A stretch of DNA of 64,000 nucleotides from an uncultured Pseudomonadota bacterium. GTDB taxonomy: Bacteria > SAR324 > NAC60-12. A model generated the notes under the pieces. The model was given only the letters and a program-made list of their open reading frames with translations. It did not search any database and had not been told where the DNA came from. This document shows positions 25,862 through 35,057 of the stretch, piece after piece (the first letter of the stretch is position 1; the number at the start of each line of letters is the position of its first letter). Made by a program: the position numbers and the translations under genes. The stretch is taken from the NCBI GenBank assembly GCA_964344035.1, contig CAYFLK010000002.1:2117-66116 (forward strand), given 5' to 3'.

Positions 25862-27712
25862 ATGGCAAGTCCCTTGAAACTGTTTAACCGTCCAGTCCGG
25901 AAAGTTTATGACATAAGACCGGTAAAAAGTCTGAGGATGTCCGGACGAAGTTTGAAACTGATGGGGTGGCTCATGCGTGTGCCCGTGCTGGGGACAGTGC
26001 TGGCGTCGGTGACCCTCTGGCAGTTGGGACTGAGCAGGTTCCGGAGGCGCGAAGCCAAAGGAGAGGCGTTGATGCACCCAGTCCACCCCCCTCTCAGGCA
26101 GCTTTCAAAAACGGATGCGCGCAGGACTCTCAAAGTTTTTTTTGAACTGCAGACCGGCAAGGAAACTGGATGTGCGCCTAACCGCAATCATTCCTTTTCT
26201 GTTGAGGAAACCGCTGATACGAAGCTCCAAAGCGCGGCAGCATCCGGAAGCAGTGGATCAAGGCGCACGCACAAATTTGTTCCGGAAACGGTGCAAGATT
26301 TCCACAACGCCTACCTGCAGGGACGCACCACCCCTTACAAAGTCGCCCAGCGCCTGCTGGATGTCATCCGCAGCATGGAGGAAAGCGCCGTGCCCCTGCG
26401 TCCATTATTGATGTGGGATGGACAGGAACTGCTGCGCCAGGCCGAAGCTTCGAGTGAACGCTTTGCGAAAGGAAAATCCCTTGGGCTGCTGGATGGAGTC
26501 CCGGTGGCGGTTAAGGACGAGCTTGATTTGATGCCTTACAAAACGATGGCCGGAACCCGTTTCTACGGGCTGCATCCACCGGAAGTTGATGCGTCAGCAG
26601 CGGCAAAACTGAGAGCGGCCGGTGGATTGATGATCGGGAAAAGCAACATGCATGAACTGGGCATGGGCGTGACCGGCATGAACCCCCAGTGCGGCGCTGC
26701 TCGTAACCCGCACAATCCCGATTATTACCCCGGAGGGTCATCCAGCGGATCGGCCGTGGCCGTGGCCGCGGGGCTCTGTCCTTTGGCATTGGGACTGGAT
26801 GGAGGAGGATCGATACGCATACCCGCAAGCCTTTCCGGAGTAGTGGGTTTGAAAACGACCTGGGGCCGTGTCAGCCGTGCCGGTTCGGTACCCTTGTCCT
26901 GGAGCGTTTCCACGGTAGGTCCCATGGCCGCAACCATCCGGGATGCTGCCATCGGGTATGCGCTGATATCCGGCCCGGATTCGCGTGACCACTGGAGCTT
27001 GAACCAGCCTCCAGTCCATTTGAGTGATTTTTTTAATGACGACCTGGAGGGCGTCCGCATCGGCTGGTTCCCGGCCTGGGTGAACGATGCCAATCCGGAG
27101 GTTTCACACACTGTGCAGGCAATGTTCGAGGTCTTCCGCCAAGCGGGAGCGAAAATTGTCGAAGTGGAAATCCCATCACTGGATGCGGTGCATGTTTCAC
27201 TGCTGGTGACTATCTCGGTTGAGATGCTTTCTTCCCTGGAGTCTTTTTCAGTGCGCTGGAGATCGCCCCTCGGATTGGAGAATTTCCTCAATCTCCGTTT
27301 TGCCGGACGTTTGCGCGCAGAAGATTATGTCCGCGCGCAGCGTGTTCGCGCGGAAGCAATTCACAAATTTTCCCATGTATTTGAAGAAGTGGATGCCTTG
27401 ATCACGCCCACTACCGCGAGGACCGCCCCGCCCATACTTGCCGACAGCCTTGCGGTTGGTGAAGCGGACTTGCGGACCCAGCATGAATTGATGAAATTCG
27501 TCACTCCCGCAAACCTAACCGGTATGCCTGCGATTTCGTTACCCGCGGGTTATGATGGAAACGGGCTGCCCATCGGCATCCAGTTAATGGGGCGTCCCTG
27601 GGACGAAGCCCTGCTGCTCCGGCTGGCGCAAGCAGCGGAAACAGGAGTTGCACGGCGTGCGCCGATGCTGCATTATTCCCTGTTGCACGAACCGTCACCA
27701 GCAAGCAACTGA
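25862..27712 (+). CDS. Amidase-signature family amidase with N-terminal TM/extension (FAAH-like layout)
   Basis: VAVKDE (catalytic Lys context) and the Gly/Ser-rich signature GGSSSGSAVAVAAG. N-terminal hydrophobic helix VPVLGTVLASVTLWQLGL. The start is 15 nt after the kinase stop. Confidence 0.85.
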   Translation: MASPLKLFNRPVRKVYDIRPVKSLRMSGRSLKLMGWLMRVPVLGTVLASVTLWQLGLSRFRRREAKGEALMHPVHPPLRQLSKTDARRTLKVFFELQTGKETGCAPNRNHSFSVEETADTKLQSAAASGSSGSRRTHKFVPETVQDFHNAYLQGRTTPYKVAQRLLDVIRSMEESAVPLRPLLMWDGQELLRQAEASSERFAKGKSLGLLDGVPVAVKDELDLMPYKTMAGTRFYGLHPPEVDASAAAKLRAAGGLMIGKSNMHELGMGVTGMNPQCGAARNPHNPDYYPGGSSSGSAVAVAAGLCPLALGLDGGGSIRIPASLSGVVGLKTTWGRVSRAGSVPLSWSVSTVGPMAATIRDAAIGYALISGPDSRDHWSLNQPPVHLSDFFNDDLEGVRIGWFPAWVNDANPEVSHTVQAMFEVFRQAGAKIVEVEIPSLDAVHVSLLVTISVEMLSSLESFSVRWRSPLGLENFLNLRFAGRLRAEDYVRAQRVRAEAIHKFSHVFEEVDALITPTTARTAPPILADSLAVGEADLRTQHELMKFVTPANLTGMPAISLPAGYDGNGLPIGIQLMGRPWDEALLLRLAQAAETGVARRAPMLHYSLLHEPSPASN

Positions 27713-27791
27713 AATGGCTCGAGGGGTCACACTTACCTTTTAGAAAAGCGCAAAAAATTCTATTCATGCTTAACTCGTTTAGGAGGGATTA

Positions 27792-28364
27792 ATGCGAAAA
27801 ATAACCGCTATTCTTATAGGTGTCTTTGTGACCGGCTGTACCGTGTATCGCCTGCCGGTGGTACAGCCTTTTGTAGATGGCGAGTACTGGATACTCAGGG
27901 AACCAATGCATTTTGAGATAGGAAAGACCAATGAATTTATCATTGTGCCCAAAGGGTTTGTCACAGATTTTGCCAGTGCGCCGTTTTTGTTAAAGCCTTT
28001 GTTTCCTAAATCAGGTCGGTATATTGTTGCCGCAATAGTTCATGATTATTTGTACTGGAATCAAAGCTGCACCAAAGAACAGGCGGATAGTATTTTCGAA
28101 CTGGCCATGAAAGATGCGGAAATCGGCAGTTTGCAAAGAAAAACCATGTGGGCCGCGGTTGATAACTTTGGCGGAGAGGCATGGGAAAATAATCTGCGGA
28201 GAAAGATCGATGGTTATTTAAAGGTGGTTCCAAGCTCTTACATGGAAATTCCATTTGATGTGCCCTGGAGTGATTATGTGGAAACACTCAAAGCCGATGG
28301 AATTGAAGATGCGGACTCAGGAGTCGATTTGAGTGCGGTCTGCAGAATGAGCGATACAATCTGA
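27792..28364 (+). CDS. DUF1353-family lipoprotein
   Basis: Lipobox ILIGVFVTGC. Motifs PKGFVTDFASAP and AAIVHDYLYW match DUF1353 as I recall it. Confidence 0.75.
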   Translation: MRKITAILIGVFVTGCTVYRLPVVQPFVDGEYWILREPMHFEIGKTNEFIIVPKGFVTDFASAPFLLKPLFPKSGRYIVAAIVHDYLYWNQSCTKEQADSIFELAMKDAEIGSLQRKTMWAAVDNFGGEAWENNLRRKIDGYLKVVPSSYMEIPFDVPWSDYVETLKADGIEDADSGVDLSAVCRMSDTI

Positions 28365-28778
28365 TGCTCACTTTCCCCACAGTTGCACCCATGAAGTAAT
28401 GTACAACATCACCGTGGTTTCTTTGATTTTTGAGGGTTGGAAAAGTTCTTTGAAATCAAAATGCAAATAAAGGAGCCGGTTTTCCTTGTACATGGTATGC
28501 AACCTCACGCAAAGAGCAATACACCGAGATTGGCTGTTAAGGCCGGAGACAATTGATGTGTTGCGGGGAGTCAGCGGAAGTGTTATTTATATAATTGTTT
28601 TGGAGAGAGAACCGCTTTTGTGAAAGGAGGTCTTACGAGGACACAAATCCTATACTGCTTCAAAAACACAATTCATACGGATTGATAAGAAACGGACCAC
28701 ATTTCATTTTGACAGTGGGAAAACCCGGACATGATCCAGGTTTGTATTAATGAAAGCTGGTCAATTCAGATAAAATTC

Positions 28779-28784
28779 TATAAT
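28779..28784 (+). promoter_or_regulatory. Candidate -10 box (TATAAT) for the tRNA gene
   Basis: A perfect TATAAT lies 12 nt upstream of the mature tRNA 5' end. Only a weak -35 (TGGTCA) is seen. Confidence 0.3.
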
Positions 28785-28795
28785 ATCAATATTTT

Positions 28796-28872
28796 GGGCC
28801 AGTAGCTCAGTTGGTTAGAGCAGTCGACTCATAATCGATCGGTCGCAGGTTCAAGTCCTGCCTGGCCCACCA
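28796..28872 (+). tRNA. tRNA with anticodon CAT; elongator type, most similar to tRNA-Ile2 (lysidine-modified CAU) rather than tRNA-Met
   Basis: The cloverleaf folds by hand. Acceptor GGGCCAG/CTGGCCC, D-arm GCTC-AGTTGGTTA-GAGC, anticodon arm GTCGA-CTCATAA-TCGAT, T-arm GCAGG-TTCAAGT-CCTGC, and an encoded CCA. There is no GGG/CCC anticodon stem, and position 1:72 is a G:C pair, so it is not an initiator. The anticodon stem and T-arm resemble E. coli ileX as I recall it. Confidence 0.9.
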
Positions 28873-28974
28873 GTAATATCAGTCATTTAGAATCCCGCCT
28901 GCTGAAAACGACTCGGTTGCAAGCGAACACAGCCCCCTTTCTTTTCAAGAAAGGTTCAAATATTGAAAGTAGTT

Positions 28975-29406
28975 ATGAAACGCTCAATTCAAATCATCTC
29001 CATCATGTGTTTCCTGGTCCTTGGCAGTTCCGTTGCACATGCCGAACAGGTATCATTGGAAACATCCAGGGCTATTGGCATCATGGATTTCATCCTCAGG
29101 CACACAGAACTCAGCCGCGTCAAATGCGGGGAACATGTCTGCGACCTGGCCGCAAAAGATTCCGGGGTGGCCCTCGTCCTTTCCCACTCGACCATGGCGC
29201 AGGACAAGCAGGAAGACCTGCATTACACCCTGCGGATAAATGTATCCGGCGCCTTGTTCAAGGCAGGTATGGTTGTGCGGTACATGAATGATCAGAACAA
29301 GGAAGTGGTGGTGATGGGGAAGAAGACCGAAACGATTGACCATACCTACAAGACCGAGCACAAAATCCTCCGCGGATGGATTTCCCTGATTAAGGAAAAA
29401 ATGTGA
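28975..29406 (+). CDS. Hypothetical secreted protein
   Basis: Signal peptide MKRSIQIISIMCFLVLGSSVAHA. No recognised motif. Confidence 0.55.
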   Translation: MKRSIQIISIMCFLVLGSSVAHAEQVSLETSRAIGIMDFILRHTELSRVKCGEHVCDLAAKDSGVALVLSHSTMAQDKQEDLHYTLRINVSGALFKAGMVVRYMNDQNKEVVVMGKKTETIDHTYKTEHKILRGWISLIKEKM

Positions 29407-29426
29407 CACGGATTTTTGGTTGACCG

Positions 29427-30140
29427 GTGCAGTCCCGTTTTTTATTCCTCAGTCACGTTCTCAATCTCAAGACTCCTCTGTATGGCAACAGTGGAAAGCT
29501 GGAACTGGAGCGGTCCAGGCGCATTGAAAGCGGAGACAGTTCCAACAATACCCAGCTGCACCTTCCCGCCCATGCCGGAACTCATATAGACGCGCCCCAT
29601 CATTTTGATCAACACGGGCAGAGTCTTGACCGGTATCCACCGGACTTCTGGATTTGCCGCGCGCCTTATCTTGTGGAGAAAGAAGCCGGCCCCGGAGTGA
29701 TCCTGGAAGTGGATGACTGGCGTTCTGAACTGGAAAAGGTCCCTGAGGACACCGACCTGCTGCTGGTGAAAACCGGTTTTGAGAAGTTCCGCATCAACAA
29801 CGAGCAGTCAAGTAAATCGACTTACATTTTTAACGGTCCGGGGTTTTCCGCAGGAATCGGTTTGTGGCTACGCAGAAACCGGAAACTGAAGATGATCGGG
29901 TTCGATTTCATCTCGCTCACCAGTTATCAAAACCGGGAACTGGGACGTGTTGCCCATCGCGCGTTTCTTCAGCAGGAACCTGAAGGAGTAAGCGAGAAGA
30001 TAGGGGACCCGATCCTGATAATTGAGGATATGCATTTGTCCGGACTGCAATCATCCCCCAAACTTGTGAGCGTGTCTCCGTTGCGGTTTGAAAAAGCCGA
30101 CGGCAGCTCGGTTACCGTGATAGCTGAAGTTGTAGATTAA
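29427..30140 (+). CDS. Cyclase-family protein (kynurenine formamidase/arylformamidase-like)
   Basis: Metal-binding motif HAGTHIDAPHHF, a length of about 237 aa, and a GTG start. Confidence 0.75.
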   Translation: MQSRFLFLSHVLNLKTPLYGNSGKLELERSRRIESGDSSNNTQLHLPAHAGTHIDAPHHFDQHGQSLDRYPPDFWICRAPYLVEKEAGPGVILEVDDWRSELEKVPEDTDLLLVKTGFEKFRINNEQSSKSTYIFNGPGFSAGIGLWLRRNRKLKMIGFDFISLTSYQNRELGRVAHRAFLQQEPEGVSEKIGDPILIIEDMHLSGLQSSPKLVSVSPLRFEKADGSSVTVIAEVVD

Positions 30141-30154
30141 GGAAACGGCCTGGT

Positions 30155-31786
30155 TTAAACGTTTCCGGCCATTTTACGCAGGATGTGTTTTTGGACTTTT
30201 CCGGTAGAGGTTTTCGGCAAATCCATGAAGATCACAGTTTTCGGTATTTTATAGTGCGCCATGTTGTCCCGGCAGAACTGGATTATGTCGTCCGGGAGTA
30301 TTGAAGAATCAGGTTTTTTCAGGGTAACGAATGCGCACGGAGTTTCTCCCCAGTATTCGTCCGGACGCGCGACCACCGCAGCTTCCAGTATTTCCGGGTG
30401 CTTATATAGCGTTTCTTCGACTTCGAGGCTGGAAATGTTTTCCCCTCCTGAAATGATGATGTCTTTGGAACGGTCCTTGATTTCCACGTATCCATCCTCA
30501 TGCATCACTCCCAGGTCTCCGGTCCGGTACCATCCGTCTCTCAAAGCCTTTTCACTGGCTTGAGGATTTTTCAAATAACCCTTCATGATGGTGTTGCCTT
30601 TCAGCATCAGTTCTCCCATGGTTTTGCCGTCTGCCGGAACAGTCTCAAGGGTGTCCGTGTTGCCGATGCGAATTCCGCTGAGAGAGGGATAAATAACACC
30701 CTGGCGGGCCTTCTTTTCCGCGCGGGCGCTAAGGTCCAGTTCATCCCATGGTTTCTGCCACGCGCAGAGGGTCGCAGGCCCGAATGATTCGGTCAAGCCA
30801 TACAAATGGAGCACGTCAAATCCCTTCGGCTCCATGGCTGCGATCACAGTGCTTGGAGGCGCGGCCCCTCCCGTGGCGATGATGACTGTGTGCGGTAGAA
30901 GGCTCCTGACGGCATCAGTAGTATGAGCCATTGCATTGAGAATGATAGGCGCTCCGCAGAGATGCGTAACCTTGTGTTCATTGAGCAGGGAAAATGCCTG
31001 AACCGGTTCGAATTTCCTCATGCAGACATGTGTGCCCCCGATCGCGCTGACGCCCCAGGTGAAGCACCAACCGTTGCAATGGAACATCGGCAGGGTCCAG
31101 AGGTAAATTGACTCGGCGTTCATGTTCAGCATCATCGGATTGCTCAACGCTCCAAGGTAAGCGCCGCGATGGTGAAACACAACGCCTTTTGGGTCACCGG
31201 TTGTTCCTGAGGTGTAATTAAGGCTGATTGCATCCCACTCGTCCTCCGGCCTCCTCCATTCAAAATCGGCAGTTCCCTGGTCCAGAAAAGATTCGTAATC
31301 CACGCTTCCCAGCGCTTCCCCGCCTTCTCCAAGCGGGTCACTGATGTCAATCACCATTGGTCGCCTGGATGTCGTGGAAAGCGCTTTTTTGATTACTGGT
31401 GAAAATTCCCGGTCAGTGATCAGCACCTTGGTTTCCGCATGCTCCAGTATATGTGCGATGGTCGGCCCATCGAGCCGGATGTTGAGCGCATTGATGACCG
31501 CGCCGGTCATCGGTACAGCGAAATGAGCCTCGAGTACCGGGGGCGTGTTTGGGGCCATCAACGACACCGTGTCTCCCTGTCCTATGCCGAGGCGCACCAG
31601 CGCTGACGCAAGGCGCGCGCAACGTTCCCAGAACTTGGAATAGCTGTAATGTGTGTCGCCATGGATAATCGCTGTTTTATCGCGGTAAATCCAGGCGGCA
31701 CGTTCCAACAATGTTATCGGCGTCAGCATCTGGTAATTGGAGGGACGCCGCTGCAGGTCCTGTTCAAACTTGTTGGCCTCGGTCAT
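30155..31786 (-). CDS. AMP-forming acyl-CoA synthetase (medium-chain/acid-CoA ligase type)
   Basis: Motifs YTSGTTGDPKGV, GWYRTGDLG, and PKTSTGKVQK. Confidence 0.9.
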   Translation of the reverse strand: MTEANKFEQDLQRRPSNYQMLTPITLLERAAWIYRDKTAIIHGDTHYSYSKFWERCARLASALVRLGIGQGDTVSLMAPNTPPVLEAHFAVPMTGAVINALNIRLDGPTIAHILEHAETKVLITDREFSPVIKKALSTTSRRPMVIDISDPLGEGGEALGSVDYESFLDQGTADFEWRRPEDEWDAISLNYTSGTTGDPKGVVFHHRGAYLGALSNPMMLNMNAESIYLWTLPMFHCNGWCFTWGVSAIGGTHVCMRKFEPVQAFSLLNEHKVTHLCGAPIILNAMAHTTDAVRSLLPHTVIIATGGAAPPSTVIAAMEPKGFDVLHLYGLTESFGPATLCAWQKPWDELDLSARAEKKARQGVIYPSLSGIRIGNTDTLETVPADGKTMGELMLKGNTIMKGYLKNPQASEKALRDGWYRTGDLGVMHEDGYVEIKDRSKDIIISGGENISSLEVEETLYKHPEILEAAVVARPDEYWGETPCAFVTLKKPDSSILPDDIIQFCRDNMAHYKIPKTVIFMDLPKTSTGKVQKHILRKMAGNV

Positions 31787-31945
31787 GATGTGCTCCGTTT
31801 GTATTGTGCGATCACAACGAATAAGCCGTATCGCCGGTATGTTTTCATATGGCTTGCCTGTACCGGGTGTTTGTCTTTACCCTGCCTAACATGGAAAGAT
31901 GATGAAAGTCAACAAATTGAATGGTTCTAACTGCATATTAATAAA

Positions 31946-32434
31946 ATGATGAAACTGGATGAAATCGATTTGCGAATGCTCGTGATTCTTCAGGAGCAAG
32001 GAAGAATCACCAAAACAGAACTGGCAAATAAAATACATCTTTCGGTCAGTCCCTGCCATGAGCGTTTAAAGCGGCTTGAAGAAGCGGGACTGATCCTTGG
32101 ATACCATGCTCGCATAGACATTCAACGCCTTGCGAGGCATTCTCTGATATTTGTGGAAGTACATCTCAAGCAGCATCATGCCGGTGATTTCAACCGTTTC
32201 GAGGAATACACCCGCGGGGTTCCGGAAATTGTTGAATGCTATGCAATCGGAGGCGGGATCGACTATCTGCTAAAAATGGCGGTTCATGACATCACGCAAT
32301 ACCAGCAGAAAATTGAGGTTCTTCTGGAGGCGGAACTGAATATTGATCGCTACTACACTTACATCGTCACCAAACCCATCAAGCATTCCGGCTATCCCCT
32401 CGAGGAATTGTACGCCCTCAATCAATCTTCCTGA
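31946..32434 (+). CDS. Lrp/AsnC-family transcriptional regulator
   Basis: HTH segment LDEIDLRMLVILQEQGRITKTELANKIHLSVSPCHERLKRLEEAG plus a RAM domain. Divergent from the acyl-CoA synthetase gene. Confidence 0.9.
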   Translation: MMKLDEIDLRMLVILQEQGRITKTELANKIHLSVSPCHERLKRLEEAGLILGYHARIDIQRLARHSLIFVEVHLKQHHAGDFNRFEEYTRGVPEIVECYAIGGGIDYLLKMAVHDITQYQQKIEVLLEAELNIDRYYTYIVTKPIKHSGYPLEELYALNQSS

Positions 32435-32602
32435 ATTTTTAAGCACATCCACCATAAAAACAACTGTCTGAAAAGCGGAAACTCCATTTTTTTTTGGAAA
32501 AACGGGGGGCTTTCAACAGCACTTCCTGCCTGTATTCGGTTATCCTGTCAATTACTTCCTTTTCCTAAAAGAGCAAAAATCCAGCATTTCAAGGAGCCGA
32601 AC

Positions 32603-34012
32603 ATGCCTGCAAAACATATTATTGAACAGCTTCAGTCTATTGACCGGAACACAGTCTTCCATCCATCCACCCATGCCAGTGACCATATTCACGGTAAAGT
32701 CCCGGTAAAAATTATCCAGGGCGGCAGCGGGATTTACATCAGGAACCTGGACGGCACTGAACTGCTCGATGGTTTCGCGGGGTTATACTGCGTCAACGTC
32801 GGTTACGGGCGCACGGAAATCGCGGAAGCAATATACGAGCAGGCCAGGCAATTGGCCTACTACCATACTTATGTCGGCCACTCCAACGAGGCGCTCATCA
32901 AACTATCGCAGCGTGTTCTGCAATGGGCCCCGGACGGAATGAGCAAGGTGTATTATGGGCTTTCCGGTTCGGACGCCAACGAAACGCAGATCAAACTGGT
33001 GCGCTACTACCAAAACATCCTCGGCAACAAGGGGAAGAAGAAGATCATCTCACGTTGGCGAGGCTATCACGGCTCCGGCATTGCCTCCGGGAGCTTAACC
33101 GGGTTGCCGCTTTACCACCAGGCTTTCGACCTGCCGATGGACACCATTCTCCACACGATGACTCCGCATCACTACTGGAACGCGGAAGCGGGCATGAGCG
33201 AAGCGGAGTTCTCACGGCACTGCGCGGGTGAACTGGAAAAGCTGATCCTCGCTGAGGGTCCGGAAACAGTTGGGGCTTTCATCGGGGAGCCGGTGATGGG
33301 TACTGGCGGAATAATTCCACCTCCGGAAGGTTACTGGGGCACGATCCAGGCCGTGCTGGAAAAGTACGACGTGCTGCTGATCGCGGATGAGGTGGTTTGC
33401 GCATTCGGACGCGTAGGAATGCCCTTTGGTTCGCACCTCTACGGAATGCGCCCGGACCTGATTACTATTGCCAAGGGACTGACCAGCGCTTATGCCCCGC
33501 TTTCCGGTGTGATTGTGAGCGAGCGGGTTTGGAAGGTTATCGAACGCGGTTCAGAAGAACTTGGTCCGATGGGACACGGTTGGACTTACTCTGGCCATCC
33601 CATTGGAGCCGCTGCCAGCCTGGCTAACCTCGATATCCTGGAACGCGAAAACCTCACCGAAAACGCCCGCGACACCGGTGAGTATTTCCTGCAAAGGCTC
33701 CATGAGGCATTCGACGACCACCCCCTCGTCGGTGAAGTGCGCGGGGTGGGGTTGCTGGCGGCGCTTGAATTTGTGGCGGACAAGACAACAAAATCACGTT
33801 TTGATTCAGGCTGGAAAGTCGGCGCCCGTGTTTCAGCGGCATGCTTAAAGCAAAACCTCATCGCACGTGCGATGCCACATGGTGATATTCTCGGTTTCGC
33901 ACCACCCTTGACAATAACAAAAGCGGAGGTAGATGAAATCGTGAGAAGAACCGCCGTTGCCGTCAATTCCGTCAGCGACGACTTGACACGGGAATACTCA
34001 TGGAGGGAATGA
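32603..34012 (+). CDS. Class-III (omega) aminotransferase, PLP-dependent
   Basis: Motifs LSGSDANE, ADEVVCAFGRVG, and the PLP-Lys context ITIAKGLTSAY. Length 469 aa. Confidence 0.9.
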   Translation: MPAKHIIEQLQSIDRNTVFHPSTHASDHIHGKVPVKIIQGGSGIYIRNLDGTELLDGFAGLYCVNVGYGRTEIAEAIYEQARQLAYYHTYVGHSNEALIKLSQRVLQWAPDGMSKVYYGLSGSDANETQIKLVRYYQNILGNKGKKKIISRWRGYHGSGIASGSLTGLPLYHQAFDLPMDTILHTMTPHHYWNAEAGMSEAEFSRHCAGELEKLILAEGPETVGAFIGEPVMGTGGIIPPPEGYWGTIQAVLEKYDVLLIADEVVCAFGRVGMPFGSHLYGMRPDLITIAKGLTSAYAPLSGVIVSERVWKVIERGSEELGPMGHGWTYSGHPIGAAASLANLDILERENLTENARDTGEYFLQRLHEAFDDHPLVGEVRGVGLLAALEFVADKTTKSRFDSGWKVGARVSAACLKQNLIARAMPHGDILGFAPPLTITKAEVDEIVRRTAVAVNSVSDDLTREYSWRE

Positions 34013-34152
34013 TGGTAGTTGTTAACGGAGCAGTCAGAATACGGTGGTGAAATGATTGCCGGGATCGTGTACTTTTGCAAGGCATGCGCATGTGCGAAAA
34101 ACCTTCCTCATGCATAATCACCGAACGCGGTTGATTTCATCCGGCATTGAGT

Positions 34153-34180
34153 GTACATTCTAAAAAAAGAACGTACATTC
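34153..34180. promoter_or_regulatory. Direct repeat GTACATTC-N12-GTACATTC immediately upstream of the antitoxin RBS; candidate TA operator
   Basis: The sequence is gtGTACATTCtaaaaaaagaacGTACATTC, followed by attAAGGAGcggaccATG. Each copy contains the GTAC palindrome. Confidence 0.4.
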
Positions 34181-34195
34181 ATTAAGGAGCGGACC

Positions 34196-34432
34196 ATGAT
34201 TCAAGTCAATGCAACCGAATTCCGCAAACACCTGTTCCAGTATTTAGACCAGGTGGAGTCCGGGGAAACCATCGCCATTCAGCGCAAGAATAAAGAAATC
34301 GGCCGGATTGTTCCATCAGAGTCCCCTAAGGGCAGAGACTGGCAAGACCGGATGACATGCAAAATCGAAATACTTGTCGATCCGGATGAGTTGATCAAGC
34401 CCATTGAAGGGGTGTGGGAGGATTTTATCTGA
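34196..34432 (+). CDS. Type II antitoxin, Phd/YefM family
   Basis: Begins MIQVNATEFRKHLFQYLDQVESGETIAIQRKNKEIGRIVP, the typical Phd/YefM N-domain. An AAGGAG RBS lies 6 nt upstream. The stop overlaps the toxin start (TGATG). Confidence 0.8.
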   Translation: MIQVNATEFRKHLFQYLDQVESGETIAIQRKNKEIGRIVPSESPKGRDWQDRMTCKIEILVDPDELIKPIEGVWEDFI

Positions 34433-34833
34433 TGCGAGAATGCTTCCTATTGGATACTCATACTTTGGTATTCTGGAGTCTAAAACGGGACATTTCCAAA
34501 GAGTTTATTGCTTTTCTCAACAGCAAAGCTGAGCATGGATTATTGTTTCTTTCCTCAGTCTCTTTTTGGGAAGCAGCATTATTGTTCAAAAAAGGAAAAA
34601 TCAAAATCGAACAAGGACTATGGATTTGGAAACAGGAGGTTATGTCAGAGTCTCTATCTCGTTTGATCGAACCATCAGCCGAGGAAATGATGGAGTCCGT
34701 TTTCCTGCCCGGCCATCTCCGGGATCCGTTCGACAGGCTGCTCATAGTGCAGGCACGGACCCATCGAATGAAGCTTGTTTCCAAAGACCAATCCTTGCAG
34801 CGTTATGAAGTGGAATTGTTCTGGATGGATTAA
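34432..34833 (+). CDS. vapC: Type II toxin, VapC (PIN-domain ribonuclease)
   Basis: PIN acidic residues in LLDTH, FWEAALL, and the signature RDPFDRLLIVQA. Confidence 0.85.
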   Translation: MRECFLLDTHTLVFWSLKRDISKEFIAFLNSKAEHGLLFLSSVSFWEAALLFKKGKIKIEQGLWIWKQEVMSESLSRLIEPSAEEMMESVFLPGHLRDPFDRLLIVQARTHRMKLVSKDQSLQRYEVELFWMD

Positions 34834-35057
34834 TAAAGGCAAGGGCGGAAAACTTCTCCACGCAGCTGAATGACCACTTCCCCATTTGAGAAATCGGTGA
34901 AAATAAAACTGATGAACTCGTAAAAAGTCCCAAAACGCACAATTTCGTTCTCGTAACTCATTGAAATCATTAGATGCAAAAAGCCGGATTTCGACTTTTT
35001 ACGAAACCATCAAAACTTAGTAAGAGTTGAGGAATAAAACTAAAACACGGAATCAAA

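Noticed and set aside
26725-27291. 188-aa minus-strand ORF
   Set aside because: It is antisense to the amidase gene, which carries the amidase signature.
28796-28872. The tRNA-CAT as an initiator tRNA-fMet
   Set aside because: Position 1:72 is a normal G:C pair, and the anticodon stem lacks the three consecutive G:C pairs typical of initiators.
20640-28872. Calling the AT-rich islet or the tRNA flank a genomic island or integrative element
   Set aside because: No integrase, transposase, conjugation gene or recognisable att direct repeat was seen. The tRNA is 4.5 kb from the AT-rich stretch, so only a compositional anomaly is reported.
33586-34080. 164-aa minus-strand ORF
   Set aside because: It is antisense to the 3' end of the class-III aminotransferase gene. 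Its translation is Ser/Arg/Ala-rich and not protein-like.
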